NCBI GenBank assembly: GCA_001820095.1
Contig: MHOO01000011.1
Location: forward strand, 1,958 to 65,957
From: Candidatus Staskawiczbacteria bacterium RIFCSPHIGHO2_01_FULL_39_25
GTDB lineage: Bacteria; Patescibacteriota; Minisyncoccia; Minisyncoccales; Staskawiczbacteraceae
DNA: 64,000 nt
Direction: 5' to 3'
A model generated the notes under the pieces. The model saw only the letters and a list, made by a program, of their open reading frames with translations. It was not told the origin of the DNA and made no database searches. This document shows, piece after piece, positions 9,379 through 18,357 of the stretch. Each line of letters starts with the position of its first letter. Within the stretch, counting starts at the first letter, position 1. A program made the position numbers and the translations under genes.

Positions 9379-9457
9379 GAGGTGGGACTCGAACCCACAA
9401 GATATTACTATCGGTAGATCTTAAGTCTACTGCGGTTGCCAATTTCGCCACTCGGGC
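9371..9457 (-). tRNA. tRNA-Leu(TAA)
   Basis: Reverse complement folds with long variable arm; anticodon stem gtaga/tctac, loop ctTAAga; CCA encoded. Confidence 0.8.
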
Positions 9458-9461
9458 ATTA

Positions 9462-9548
9462 TTATATCAAAACATGAGGCCTGGGCGAGAATCGCACTCG
9501 CGTATAAGGGTTTTGCAGACCCTTGCTTTACTACTTAGCTACCAGGCC
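9462..9548 (-). terminator. long imperfect hairpin (ggcctgg...ccaggcc) followed by TGTTTT on the minus strand; terminator or small structured RNA
   Basis: About 80-nt self-complementary block between rbfA and tRNA-Leu. Confidence 0.35.
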
Positions 9549-9568
9549 GTGTTTTAGTTTAATTTACC

Positions 9569-9910
9569 CTATCTCTGCTCTTTTTTCAATTTTTCTAAAA
9601 GCTCTTCAACTTTGGCAGCCTCGGCAATAACCTTGTCTTTTATAAAGATAATTTTAGGAATCGGCCGCATATTGAGCATCTTATTTATCTTCTGCTGGAT
9701 ATCATACACCCCCTTATTTAAGACTTCAACTACCTTATCTGTTTTTTCCTCCGGAAAAGCGGAAATATAGGCTTTTGCTTCAATTAAGTTGGCAGTGGCA
9801 TCCACGTGGGTCAAAGTGACCAATGTGCCGTGAAAATTAAAATCCCTTGAAATAATTTTACCTATTTCGTGCTCCAGCAAAGAATTAACTTTTTCTATGC
9901 GATTTGGCAT
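9569..9910 (-). CDS. rbfA: ribosome-binding factor A
   Basis: 113 aa; RbfA-like KH fold sequence; immediately downstream of infB (classic infB-rbfA order). Confidence 0.8.
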   Translation of the reverse strand: MPNRIEKVNSLLEHEIGKIISRDFNFHGTLVTLTHVDATANLIEAKAYISAFPEEKTDKVVEVLNKGVYDIQQKINKMLNMRPIPKIIFIKDKVIAEAAKVEELLEKLKKEQR

Positions 9911-11469
9911 TATAATGCGCCCTTTTTGCGTTCTTCGGTAAATGCGACTAATATATCTGATTTTTCCACCTTAACGTTACCTTCAAATAAAATGCCGCAT
10001 TCATCTCCCTTTTTCAGCAAATCCATATCTTTTTTATCGCGCTGGAGGTTGATTATTTTGCCCGTTCCCACTTTTGCCTCATTGCGAAATACTTCCAGCC
10101 TTACCCCTTTTTTAATTTCGCCTTCCGTAATCTTTCCGCCTACAATCTGGCGGTTTTTTTCGGCAAAAAAGATGATAATGGCTTTAATTTTGCCCATTTC
10201 CTTGCGGATAGTTTCCGGCTCCAATGATTTTTCCATGCTATTCCTTGCCTCCTGGATCAACTCATAGATCACGTCAAACGTTTTTATCCTGACTGTCTTT
10301 TTTACGTCTTTTCTTAGCAATTGCAGTACTGCCGGATTAATTTTCACCCTGAAACCGATAATCTGGGCCTTAGACATTTCAGCCAGCTTTGCGTCTGATT
10401 CATTAATTTCCCCAACTTCACTCTTTAAAATCCTTAACATTACCTGGTCTTGAGGAAGGCCTTTCAACATGCCTTCAATGGCTTCCAGCGAGCCAAATAC
10501 ATCGCCCTTTAAAATAAGATGCAGTACTTTTTTATCGGCAGGAATATCTAACACTGTGGTACTGATTTCTCGTTTCTGCTCCCCCAGTTTTATTTTTTCT
10601 TCAGCCTGGGGAATAGTAGCATACATTTTGAATTTTTCCCCTACGCCCGGCACCGTTTGGAACCCCAATACAACGGCTGGCTGGCTTGGATAGGCTTGAA
10701 CAATGGCCTTGCCTTGGAAATCTTCCAATGACTTTACTTTAGCTAAGGCTAAATCAGTGGCAATGATATTTTTTTGCTTTAAAATCCCCTTTTCAACAAT
10801 CACGGTTACTACCGGCCCTTTCAGGCTATCCATGTATGATTCTATCACCAAGCCCTCTGCCGGCGCTTCTACGTCTGCCGTTAAATCCTGGAGGTCTGCT
10901 ACCAGCAAAATCATTTCCAGCAGTTCATTGATGCCTTTTTTTTCTTTGGCTGAAACATTGACCGATGGCACCTGTCCGCCCATTGATTCCACAAAAATAT
11001 CTATCTTTGAAAGCTCCCGTTTTATTTTTTCCGGGTCAGCTGTAGGAAGATCTATTTTATTCAACACCACAATCATAGGAATTTCAGCTTTTTTAATGGA
11101 GAGGATTGCCTCTTTGGTCTGGAGTTGAACGCTTTGGGCCGCATCCACTACCAAAAGAGCGATATCGGCGACATCGGCTCCGCGCAACCTCATAGCTGAA
11201 AACGCCTCGTGGCCGGGGGTGTCAATAAAAGTAATTTTTTTGCCGTGATGGTCTACTTCATAGGCCCCGATATGCTGGGTAATGCCCCCGGATTCTTTTG
11301 AGGTTATCTTAAAATCTTTTATGGCTTCTAACAAAGAGCTTTTTCCATGATCTACGTGACCTAAAACCACCACCACCGGCGGCCTTTTCCAAACTTCCTT
11401 TTGAGCTTGCTTTGGAGCTTCTTTTGGGAAATGAGGCTCTGCGCCTGTTTTTTTCTTTTTAGTTACCAT
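9910..11469 (-). CDS. infB: translation initiation factor IF-2 (short form)
   Basis: GTPase motifs [31 protein letters not shown]; 519 aa with no long N-terminal domain. Confidence 0.95.
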   Translation of the reverse strand: MVTKKKKTGAEPHFPKEAPKQAQKEVWKRPPVVVVLGHVDHGKSSLLEAIKDFKITSKESGGITQHIGAYEVDHHGKKITFIDTPGHEAFSAMRLRGADVADIALLVVDAAQSVQLQTKEAILSIKKAEIPMIVVLNKIDLPTADPEKIKRELSKIDIFVESMGGQVPSVNVSAKEKKGINELLEMILLVADLQDLTADVEAPAEGLVIESYMDSLKGPVVTVIVEKGILKQKNIIATDLALAKVKSLEDFQGKAIVQAYPSQPAVVLGFQTVPGVGEKFKMYATIPQAEEKIKLGEQKREISTTVLDIPADKKVLHLILKGDVFGSLEAIEGMLKGLPQDQVMLRILKSEVGEINESDAKLAEMSKAQIIGFRVKINPAVLQLLRKDVKKTVRIKTFDVIYELIQEARNSMEKSLEPETIRKEMGKIKAIIIFFAEKNRQIVGGKITEGEIKKGVRLEVFRNEAKVGTGKIINLQRDKKDMDLLKKGDECGILFEGNVKVEKSDILVAFTEERKKGAL

Positions 11470-11470
11470 A

Positions 11471-11947
11471 TTACTTTTGGGGTGTAGGATTTATAGCTCT
11501 TGCTATTGCTTCTTTTTCTTCAGCGGAAAGAGTATAGTCTGACTTTCCTTTCACTACTGATTTTGCGTACATCCGGTTTCCTTCTTTGATAAAAAGGCTG
11601 GAAATAACAAAACCGCTATTTTCTTTATCCAGCAAAGCAATGACAAAACTTTGATTCCCGCCCATTTCATTAAAAGGATTAAATCTGACCACGCCTATTT
11701 TTTGAAAAGCTACTTTGGAAATATCTTCTAAAGACTTTATCCTTTCTAAGGCTTGGCCTATGCTTGCTTCCATATCTTTTGTTTTTTCAATCTGCGAAAA
11801 GAGCACCTCCCGTAAATCTTTTATTTTCCCTTTTTCCAACAAAGCATCAATGGCTCGGTTCATTTTTAGGTAGTAGAAAAACAAAAAAAAGCTTATCAAA
11901 GCCAAGAAACATATTATTATCGCGAGAACTATTACGAGTAACTCCAT
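11471..11947 (-). CDS. hypothetical membrane-anchored protein (DUF4446-like)
   Basis: N-terminal TM then conserved soluble domain; family assignment from memory, not verified. Confidence 0.4.
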   Translation of the reverse strand: MELLVIVLAIIICFLALISFFLFFYYLKMNRAIDALLEKGKIKDLREVLFSQIEKTKDMEASIGQALERIKSLEDISKVAFQKIGVVRFNPFNEMGGNQSFVIALLDKENSGFVISSLFIKEGNRMYAKSVVKGKSDYTLSAEEKEAIARAINPTPQK

Positions 11948-12048
11948 AGTGATTACAACTATTATACCCGTCAGTATATACTAATTTTATGGAGGATTCA
12001 ACTTTGTCTTTCTGGCATATTCATACACGGAAGGGAATGCTTCCCTCG

Positions 12049-12087
12049 GTCGGGATTTTCCGCTTATGCGGATAAATCTCGCGACCT
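12049..12087. repeat. hairpin repeat GGTCGGGATTTTCCGCTTATGCGGATAAATCTCGCGACC (family copy a, inverted)
   Basis: Reverse complement of copies at 15206-15248 and 61746-61789. Confidence 0.7.
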
Positions 12088-12170
12088 GATCCGACCCATC
12101 CCTTGGGTTCGAGTCCCACAACCACGAATTTAAAATTTTAACCAAAAAGATTTAGTTAAAATGATTAAAG

Positions 12171-12254
12171 CGGTGGGTGCAGGACTCGAACCTGCAAGGG
12201 GATTGCTCCCGCTGGTTTTCGAAACCAGTGCCTTACCAATTAGACTAACCCACC
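12171..12254 (-). tRNA. tRNA-Ser(CGA)
   Basis: Reverse complement: acceptor ggtgggt/acccacc; anticodon stem ctggt/accag, loop ttCGAaa; long variable arm; T-arm gcaggttcgagtcctgc. Confidence 0.8.
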
Positions 12255-12328
12255 ATATTTAAATTATATGGCATACTTAACAAAAATGCGGCCCAAAGCC
12301 GCATTTTTTAAATTTGATGATTTTAAAG

Positions 12329-12718
12329 CTAGCTCTTTGGCTCCTCTGTATGGTCAGGATTTTTTACTATCACTTTGTGCCAGTCGTTATAATCGTAGAT
12401 ATCTTGGATAATTACTCCACATACTACTCCTGCAAAAAAAGTGGGCAAATAAAAGAAGTCTATCACCCAAATTATAGCTAAAAGAATAATTCCCATAATC
12501 CAATGGTGAAGATGGATGGTCCATTTTCCATAATCTATGAATATAGAATCTACTTTGCCGCTTTTTACAAAGAGGTTGCAGAAAGCTTTAGAAAGAATAT
12601 AACCAAGAACGATGCCTCCGGTAAACAGAAAAGAATAGTAAAAGGAGGGTACCAGCACGATTGCCGGCAAGAACATTTTAACTTTAGAATTGTTGTTTTC
12701 GGCCATATTTTTACTCAA
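12329..12718 (-). CDS. hypothetical integral membrane protein
   Basis: 129 aa, 3 predicted TM; no motif. Confidence 0.45.
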   Translation of the reverse strand: MSKNMAENNNSKVKMFLPAIVLVPSFYYSFLFTGGIVLGYILSKAFCNLFVKSGKVDSIFIDYGKWTIHLHHWIMGIILLAIIWVIDFFYLPTFFAGVVCGVIIQDIYDYNDWHKVIVKNPDHTEEPKS

Positions 12719-12753
12719 TTATGCTAAAATCGAGTGAACTTATTTAGCTCTAA

Positions 12754-13251
12754 ATGCGACCAATATACCTATTTTTAGATATCCACAACTATGGTAAGTG
12801 TACGCCTTTTAAGGCTTCTAGTCAAGACCTTTCAGATATGCTATCATTTACTAATTACCCATTTGCAAAAGTCCAAATTTGCAAAGGTCCAAAAAAAATA
12901 ATTAATTTAATTTATATGATCATAATGGATCCTCAAGAAGTCCACGCAACAGCGGGTTTCGGCCAAGTTGATTTAATCGTTTCATCCATAGCAATTTTTA
13001 TCGGCCTTGTTTCAATTTATCTGATAATAAAGCTTACTAAAAATCTTGGCGGAAAAATTAAATCTGCGTTGCAGTTTTTCATTCTAGGAGTATCGGCAAA
13101 TATTCTGGCTATGATATGGAACATATTATTCGGCCATACCTTTACCATAAGTATTATTACGGTAGATGCGCACAACATTTTGATGGCTATAGGCATGATT
13201 TTTTTCATTATTTCAACTTACCGGTTCTCTTTGCTTATTCCCCGCAACTAA
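12754..13251 (+). CDS. hypothetical integral membrane protein
   Basis: 165 aa, several TM; start uncertain (alternative ATG at about 12916). Confidence 0.4.
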   Translation: MRPIYLFLDIHNYGKCTPFKASSQDLSDMLSFTNYPFAKVQICKGPKKIINLIYMIIMDPQEVHATAGFGQVDLIVSSIAIFIGLVSIYLIIKLTKNLGGKIKSALQFFILGVSANILAMIWNILFGHTFTISIITVDAHNILMAIGMIFFIISTYRFSLLIPRN

Positions 13252-13273
13252 AAAATATAGCTCATAACTAACG

Positions 13274-14467
13274 ATGGATGAAAAAAACAAAAATATCCTA
13301 TATGATTTTATAGTCCTTTTCATTGAAAAGGCAATGGATTTGCTAGGATCGGACCAAATTACCAATGCCATTGGCAAGGAAAATATTAAGCAAAAGTTTT
13401 TAAAAACAAAAAAGACAGCGCTGGTTGATGCGCTTGCTTCTCTGGATAAAGAAAGCATAAAACGCAAGATAACTACTATTATTGGGTTTTTATCAAATAA
13501 TTTTGGGGTTGATTTAACTGAAAAAACCCTAGAAGAAATATATAGCATCCAAGAAAGAAGGTATTCCCCGGTTCTTGCCAATGATATTATTCTGCCCTTA
13601 ATATCCGATAATTTTTTAGAAAAATATAGGTTGCAGTACCTATCTAAGGAACAGCTTGAAGCTAAGGTCATTGAAAAAACCAAAGAACTATTAGAATTAA
13701 ACGCTAAATTAGAAAAAAAAGTTTCTGAAAGAACAGCGGAGCTGACTCAAGCGAACAAAGAACTAAAAGAATTAGATGAAAGAAAATCTGAATTTTTGTC
13801 TATTATCGCCCATCAGCTGCGCACGCCCCTTTCAGGAATTAAATGGACGCTCAATATGTTAATTCACGGCGATCTCGGGCCGATTTCAAAGGAACAAGAA
13901 CGGTATTTGATAAAAAGCTATGAGGGCAACGAACGGTTAATTGCGATTGTTGAAACCATGCTAAGCGCCAATCGGATTGATTCGGCAAAATATGAATTGG
14001 ATTTAGAGAAGAATGAAATCGTTAACTTAGTGTTAGAAGTAATATCTGATAATTTGCCCTATGCAAAAACAAGAAATGTAACTATTCATTTTGAAAATCC
14101 CGATATTGTTATTCCCGAATTTATCTTTGACAAGGAAAAAATGCGCGATGTGCTGCAAAATCTGATTGATAACGCCATAAAATACAGCCGCCCCGCAGGA
14201 AAAGTAACTATTACCCTGCAGTATACGGACAATAAAGTTGAATTTGCCATTAAAGATAATGGCATTGGCATACCGACAGACCAGCAAGCTTTAATTTTTT
14301 CCCGTTTTTTTCGCAGCCACAATGCCCAATCGGCAGATCCTAATGGCAACGGGCTTGGCTTATTCATCGTTAAGAGTATAATAAATCTGCACGGAGGCAG
14401 GGTATGGTTTGAAAGCAAACAGAATTCCGGCACCGTTTTCCACTTTTCTCTTAACGCTAACCATTAA
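13274..14467 (+). CDS. sensor histidine kinase (cytoplasmic, no TM)
   Basis: H-box HQLRTPLSGI; N/G1/G2 boxes LIDNAIKYS, DNGIGIP, GNGLGLFIVKSII. Confidence 0.9.
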   Translation: MDEKNKNILYDFIVLFIEKAMDLLGSDQITNAIGKENIKQKFLKTKKTALVDALASLDKESIKRKITTIIGFLSNNFGVDLTEKTLEEIYSIQERRYSPVLANDIILPLISDNFLEKYRLQYLSKEQLEAKVIEKTKELLELNAKLEKKVSERTAELTQANKELKELDERKSEFLSIIAHQLRTPLSGIKWTLNMLIHGDLGPISKEQERYLIKSYEGNERLIAIVETMLSANRIDSAKYELDLEKNEIVNLVLEVISDNLPYAKTRNVTIHFENPDIVIPEFIFDKEKMRDVLQNLIDNAIKYSRPAGKVTITLQYTDNKVEFAIKDNGIGIPTDQQALIFSRFFRSHNAQSADPNGNGLGLFIVKSIINLHGGRVWFESKQNSGTVFHFSLNANH

Positions 14468-14478
14468 TGCACTAAAAA

Positions 14479-14877
14479 ATGACAACAGAAAATGTCACAA
14501 TTCTTCATAATAAAAAAATCCTCTGGGTTGAAGATGACACCTTTTTAATGGATATCATCGCCAAGAAGCTTTCCCAGATAGGGGCAATCCTCATTTATGC
14601 TACGGAAGGGAGCCAAGCCTTGTCCATTGCGGCAGAAAAGAAACCCGATATCATCATACTTGATATTTTGCTCCCCGGGTTAGATGGTTTAGAAATCCTT
14701 TCTAAACTTAAGTTTTCCCCCCACACCAAAGATATTCCCGTCATTATGTTTTCCAATTCAGATGAAGAATCGCAAGTTAAAGAAAGTGAAAAGTTGGGTG
14801 CTAGCGGGTTCTTTATCAAAGCCTCAGTAACTTTAGATGATATCATAGAAAAAATCAGCGAGGTTCTTTCCAAGTAA
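14479..14877 (+). CDS. response regulator, receiver domain only (CheY-like)
   Basis: ILWVEDD..; phospho-acceptor D in ILDILLPGLDG; K in FIKAS; no output domain. Confidence 0.85.
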   Translation: MTTENVTILHNKKILWVEDDTFLMDIIAKKLSQIGAILIYATEGSQALSIAAEKKPDIIILDILLPGLDGLEILSKLKFSPHTKDIPVIMFSNSDEESQVKESEKLGASGFFIKASVTLDDIIEKISEVLSK

Positions 14878-14887
14878 TATATTGTTA

Positions 14888-14929
14888 AACAAAAAGCTAT
14901 GGATTCTGCCCATAGCTTTTTGTTTAACA
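14888..14929 (+). terminator. rho-independent terminator
   Basis: aaaaagctatggattctgcccatagctttttgttt. Confidence 0.65.
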
Positions 14930-14931
14930 AG

Positions 14932-15004
14932 TGCCCTCGATAGGAATCGAACCTATATTTGCCCCTTAGGACGGGGCTGTTCTGATCCATTGAACTACGA
15001 AGGC
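14932..15004 (-). tRNA. tRNA-Arg(CCT)
   Basis: Reverse complement: acceptor gccttcg/cgagggc; anticodon stem gcccc/ggggc, loop gtCCTaa; T-loop ttcgatt. Confidence 0.8.
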
Positions 15005-15069
15005 TAAATTCTTACTTCATAGTATACAAAAATAAACAATTTGCAATGGTTTTGAAAGTTCTGTATAAT

Positions 15070-15332
15070 TACTTTGAGTTACGAAATGCTTTCGCGGTAT
15101 TTTTCCAGAATTTGGAGATAGAAATTTGATAGAATTTTAAAATGTAGCAAGCTACATTTTAAAATTATTGCGAATTTATAGCCCAAATTCTGGTAGGGAC
15201 GCGCAGGGTCGCGAGAAATTCCCGCGAAGCGGGATTTCCCGACCTAGGCGTAATTCGCTTTAGCGAATTCGCCCCGTCCTAGAAAAGACCCGAAAAAAAA
15301 CGTTTTACATGGGCATTTCGTAATTCAAAGTA
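15070..15332. mobile_element. MITE-like element copy 1 (TIR tactttgaGTTACGAAATGC / GCATTTCGTAATTCaaagta); carries GGGTCGCGAGA hairpin copy b internally
   Basis: 20-bp terminal inverted repeats shared with copies at 19161-19336 and 57348-57522; internal nested palindromes; no ORF. Confidence 0.75.
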
Positions 15333-15364
15333 AATACTAAAAATTAGTTAAATGCCATTATAGT

Positions 15365-16408
15365 ATGCCAAAATATTCATCCCCCATCGTAGAAATAGCA
15401 AAAAAATCCTGTCCGGCAGTCATTACGATTGTAGTTTCAAAAGACTTGCCCAAGGTAGAAGATTTTTATAGTTTTCCTTACGGAGGCAAAGAATATATCA
15501 TGCCCATGACAGGAAAAGGCGCCCATGGAAAATTGGAAAAAACCCAGATTGGAGGAGGGTCCGGATTTATCATTTCTCCCGATGGATATGTTATAACCTC
15601 AAACCACGTGGTAGCTGATATCACTGCTGACTATACCGTCATTGTGGACCCGACTCAAAAATATTCCGCCAAAGTGCTGTCAAGAAACCCCATTAACGAT
15701 ATTGCCATTTTGAAGGTTGACGGGCGCAATTTGCCGTATCTGGAATTGCATAATTCTGATAAAATCCAATTGGGGGAAGAAGTAGTTGCTATTGGAAATG
15801 CCTTGGGAGAGTTTCAGGACACATTATCAGCTGGCATAGTATCGGGCCTGTCCCGCTACATCACAGCCTTTGGAGGCATAGACCACCAAATGCAGAATTT
15901 ACGGGGCTTGATACAAACCGATGCCGCAATCAACCCTGGCAACTCTGGAGGGCCCTTGGTCAATATGGAAGGAAAGGTAATTGGGATAAATACCGCAATG
16001 ATTATGGGAGCCCAAAATATCGGGTTTGCCATACCCATTAATTATGCAAAAAAGGATCTGGCCGAAGTGCAAAAATATGGAAAAATAGTGGTTCCATTTT
16101 TAGGGGTAAAATATGTCTTGCTTTCAAAAGAAATGGCGCAGGCAAATAAACTGCCCGTAAGCGACGGGGCATTGGTGGTAAGAGAAGCATTGGGAGAACC
16201 TCCGGTAATCAAGGGGTCAGCCGCCGAAAGGGCGGGCATGAAGGAATTTGATATTATTTTGGAGTGCAATAAACAGAAAATCTCCGCCCAAAATCCATTA
16301 GCCCATATTCTGCAAAAATGCAAAATTGGCCAAGAAACACACTTTAAGGTACTGCGCGAGGGACAGGAAATGATACTCAAAGCAACGTTGGAAGAAAAAA
16401 TTTCATAA
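15365..16408 (+). CDS. HtrA/DegP-family serine protease (trypsin domain + PDZ)
   Basis: Catalytic triad context: ITSNHVV, NDIAIL, GNSGGPL; C-terminal PDZ. Confidence 0.9.
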   Translation: MPKYSSPIVEIAKKSCPAVITIVVSKDLPKVEDFYSFPYGGKEYIMPMTGKGAHGKLEKTQIGGGSGFIISPDGYVITSNHVVADITADYTVIVDPTQKYSAKVLSRNPINDIAILKVDGRNLPYLELHNSDKIQLGEEVVAIGNALGEFQDTLSAGIVSGLSRYITAFGGIDHQMQNLRGLIQTDAAINPGNSGGPLVNMEGKVIGINTAMIMGAQNIGFAIPINYAKKDLAEVQKYGKIVVPFLGVKYVLLSKEMAQANKLPVSDGALVVREALGEPPVIKGSAAERAGMKEFDIILECNKQKISAQNPLAHILQKCKIGQETHFKVLREGQEMILKATLEEKIS

Positions 16409-16429
16409 GTATCCAATATAGATTTATTC

Positions 16430-16458
16430 AAAAAAACAGCCCGCGGGCTGTTTTTTTG
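16430..16458 (+). terminator. rho-independent terminator
   Basis: aaaaaaacagcccgcgggctgttttttt. Confidence 0.7.
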
Positions 16459-16542
16459 AATGCCTGCCTTTACAGGGTTATCAATATTTTATATACTTTC
16501 TTAATGTGTAGTTTTCCCGTTCTTTGACAACATGGAAGGAGA

Positions 16543-17343
16543 ATGACCATGGCAGCAAAAGTAAAAAATAGTTTGGATTTTTATCTGGAAAAAATTTCAG
16601 AAACTCCTCTTCTGACTCCTGATGAAGAAAGGGTGCTTGCAGAAAAAATAGCGGAAGGAAGAAAAGCTAAAGATAAGTTGGCTATGGCAAATTTGAGATT
16701 AGTAGCTTCCATCGCCAAAAAGTACGCTGGTTGGTCTTCAAATTTCACCCTGGAAGATTTGGTCCAAGAGGGTAATGTTGGCCTTCTTAAAGCAATTGAA
16801 AAATTTGATCTCGCCCAAGGATGCAAATTTTGCACGTATGCTACCTATTGGATTAAGGAATCTATTTTTGAAGCCTTAATCTATAAGGGAAAAATGATTA
16901 GGACTCCCTCGTACATGGTCTGTAAAGTGGCTAAATATAATAAGGCAAAATCTCTTCTAAGGACAAAGTTGGGAAGAGATCCTTCAGAAAATGAATTGCA
17001 AAGGCGTCTGGGTTGGAACCTAGAAAATATTCATAAGGTAAAAGAATGCAGCGAACGTGATGCCCTGCCCACGGCTCCCCTTAGCGAGGAAATCGGAAGC
17101 ATACCTCTCTATGAAGAAGACCCCTTAAGCGCAATTACTGCCGCAGAAGACCTGGAAATTTTAGAAAAGATACTCCAGAAATGTTCTCTTCAAGAACAAA
17201 CGATACTTTCGATGAGATTCGGCCTTAAAGGCGCTGAAAGCCAATCAAGCTTTAAAAAGATAGGAGAACATCTCGGCATAAGCAGAGAAAGAGTTCGCCG
17301 AATTCAAGAAGAGACCTTCGAAAAAATCCGCGAGTGCGGATAA
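16543..17343 (+). CDS. RNA polymerase sigma-70 family factor (short, probable primary sigma)
   Basis: Regions 2-4: LANLRLVASIAKKY, EDLVQEGNVGLLKAIEKFD, YATYWIKESI; region 4 HTH at C-terminus. Confidence 0.85.
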   Translation: MTMAAKVKNSLDFYLEKISETPLLTPDEERVLAEKIAEGRKAKDKLAMANLRLVASIAKKYAGWSSNFTLEDLVQEGNVGLLKAIEKFDLAQGCKFCTYATYWIKESIFEALIYKGKMIRTPSYMVCKVAKYNKAKSLLRTKLGRDPSENELQRRLGWNLENIHKVKECSERDALPTAPLSEEIGSIPLYEEDPLSAITAAEDLEILEKILQKCSLQEQTILSMRFGLKGAESQSSFKKIGEHLGISRERVRRIQEETFEKIRECG

Positions 17344-17367
17344 TTCCTTCCATATTATTATACTTAG

Positions 17368-17400
17368 CCTATGGTTTTACCGTAGGCTCTTTTATTTATT
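17368..17400 (+). terminator. rho-independent terminator
   Basis: agcctatggttttaccgtaggct followed by T-rich tract. Confidence 0.6.
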
Positions 17401-17405
17401 TACAG

Positions 17406-17431
17406 TTTACAGACTCCCGGAGTCTGTAAAA
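17406..17431. repeat. palindromic repeat TTTACAGACTCCCGGAGTCTGTAAAA (copy 1 of 2)
   Basis: Identical copy at 52823-52850. Confidence 0.7.
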
Positions 17432-17451
17432 TACGGGGGTCTGTAAAATAG

Positions 17452-18198
17452 CTATAACTGTATCCTTGAAAATTGATACGCGCCAATTGCCAGCATTATC
17501 AGTGTAACACCCACTAATACTGAAATGCTTACCATGGGGGAAAATACATGTGCTCCACTGAATGCGTAGCGCAATCCGTCCACCCCATAAGAAAATGGAT
17601 TAATTTTAGTTAAAAAACTTAATGCTGTTGGAAGGTCGCGAAGGGGAAAAATAGCCCCCGAAAGAAAGAATAAGGGTTGGACTAAAAAGTTAAAAATAAG
17701 GGGAAATCCTTGCATGTCATCAAGCCGGGCGGCAATGGCAGCTCCCATGGCAGAAGATAATATAGCAACTAAAAATAAAAAGAGGAATGCCAAGGGCAAG
17801 CTGGCTAATGAAGCCGGCCGAAAGCCCGCAACCAGCGTAATAAAGAATACCAATGTTCCTTGAATCATAGCTACCGTAGCTCCCCCCAATACTTTTCCTA
17901 AAAGAATATGCATCCGAGGAACTGGCGCTACCAAGGTTTCTTTCAAAAAGCCAAACTGCTTATCCCAGATAATTTCAAGACCAGTAAAAATGGATGTAAA
18001 AAGAACCGACATAACTATGATGCCAGGCGCTAGAAATTGGATGTAATTTCCTCCGCCAGCTTTGGCATAGATAGGGCTTAATCCAAACCCAATTGCCAAA
18101 AGAAAAATGATGGGCTGCCCAAGCGCTCCCACAATGCTGGCTTTTTTACGTATAAAGCGCTTCAACTGGCGCAACCATAAGATGTAAATACCGTTCAT
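17452..18198 (-). CDS. ABC-2 type transporter permease
   Basis: 6 TM, ABC-2 family pattern; listed ORF extends to 18246 via a TTG in the ATTAG repeat (MIRIIRAIRIIRII); ATG at 18198 (MNGIY) taken as start. Confidence 0.8.
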   Translation of the reverse strand: MNGIYILWLRQLKRFIRKKASIVGALGQPIIFLLAIGFGLSPIYAKAGGGNYIQFLAPGIIVMSVLFTSIFTGLEIIWDKQFGFLKETLVAPVPRMHILLGKVLGGATVAMIQGTLVFFITLVAGFRPASLASLPLAFLFLFLVAILSSAMGAAIAARLDDMQGFPLIFNFLVQPLFFLSGAIFPLRDLPTALSFLTKINPFSYGVDGLRYAFSGAHVFSPMVSISVLVGVTLIMLAIGAYQFSRIQL

Positions 18199-18205
18199 AG
18201 ATGAA

Positions 18206-18356
18206 ATGATTCTAATTATTCTAATTGCTCTAATTATTCTAATCAATATCTAATGTCTCAATGACTAGTTGCTCAAGAAAACATTTTGGGCATTGGGATT
18301 TGGAAATTAGGACTTGATTAGGTCAATTAGAATAATTAGATTAATTAGAAATTTTA
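18206..18356. repeat. ATTAG-type 9-bp-periodic repeat, inverted pair (rc arm 18206-18258, spacer, forward arm 18300-18356)
   Basis: gattctaattattctaattgctctaattattctaatcaatatctaatg ... gacttgattaggtcaattagaataattagattaattagaaat; sits between ABC ATPase and permease genes. Confidence 0.8.
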
Positions 18357-18357
18357 A

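Noticed and set aside
9458-9568. Possible SRP/4.5S RNA in the long hairpin between rbfA and tRNA-Leu
   Set aside because: The conserved SRP domain IV motif (GGAAGCAGCC context) is absent. It is interpreted as a terminator hairpin with low confidence.
11950-12130. Intact tRNA or tmRNA upstream of tRNA-Ser
   Set aside because: Only a T-arm/acceptor-like 3' half (gggttcgagtcccacaaccacg) is present. No complementary 5' acceptor strand within range and no tmRNA tag-reading-frame signature.
13213-13683. 156-aa minus-strand ORF overlapping the histidine-kinase gene start
   Set aside because: It overlaps the well-supported kinase N-terminus and has no motif. Kept as spurious.
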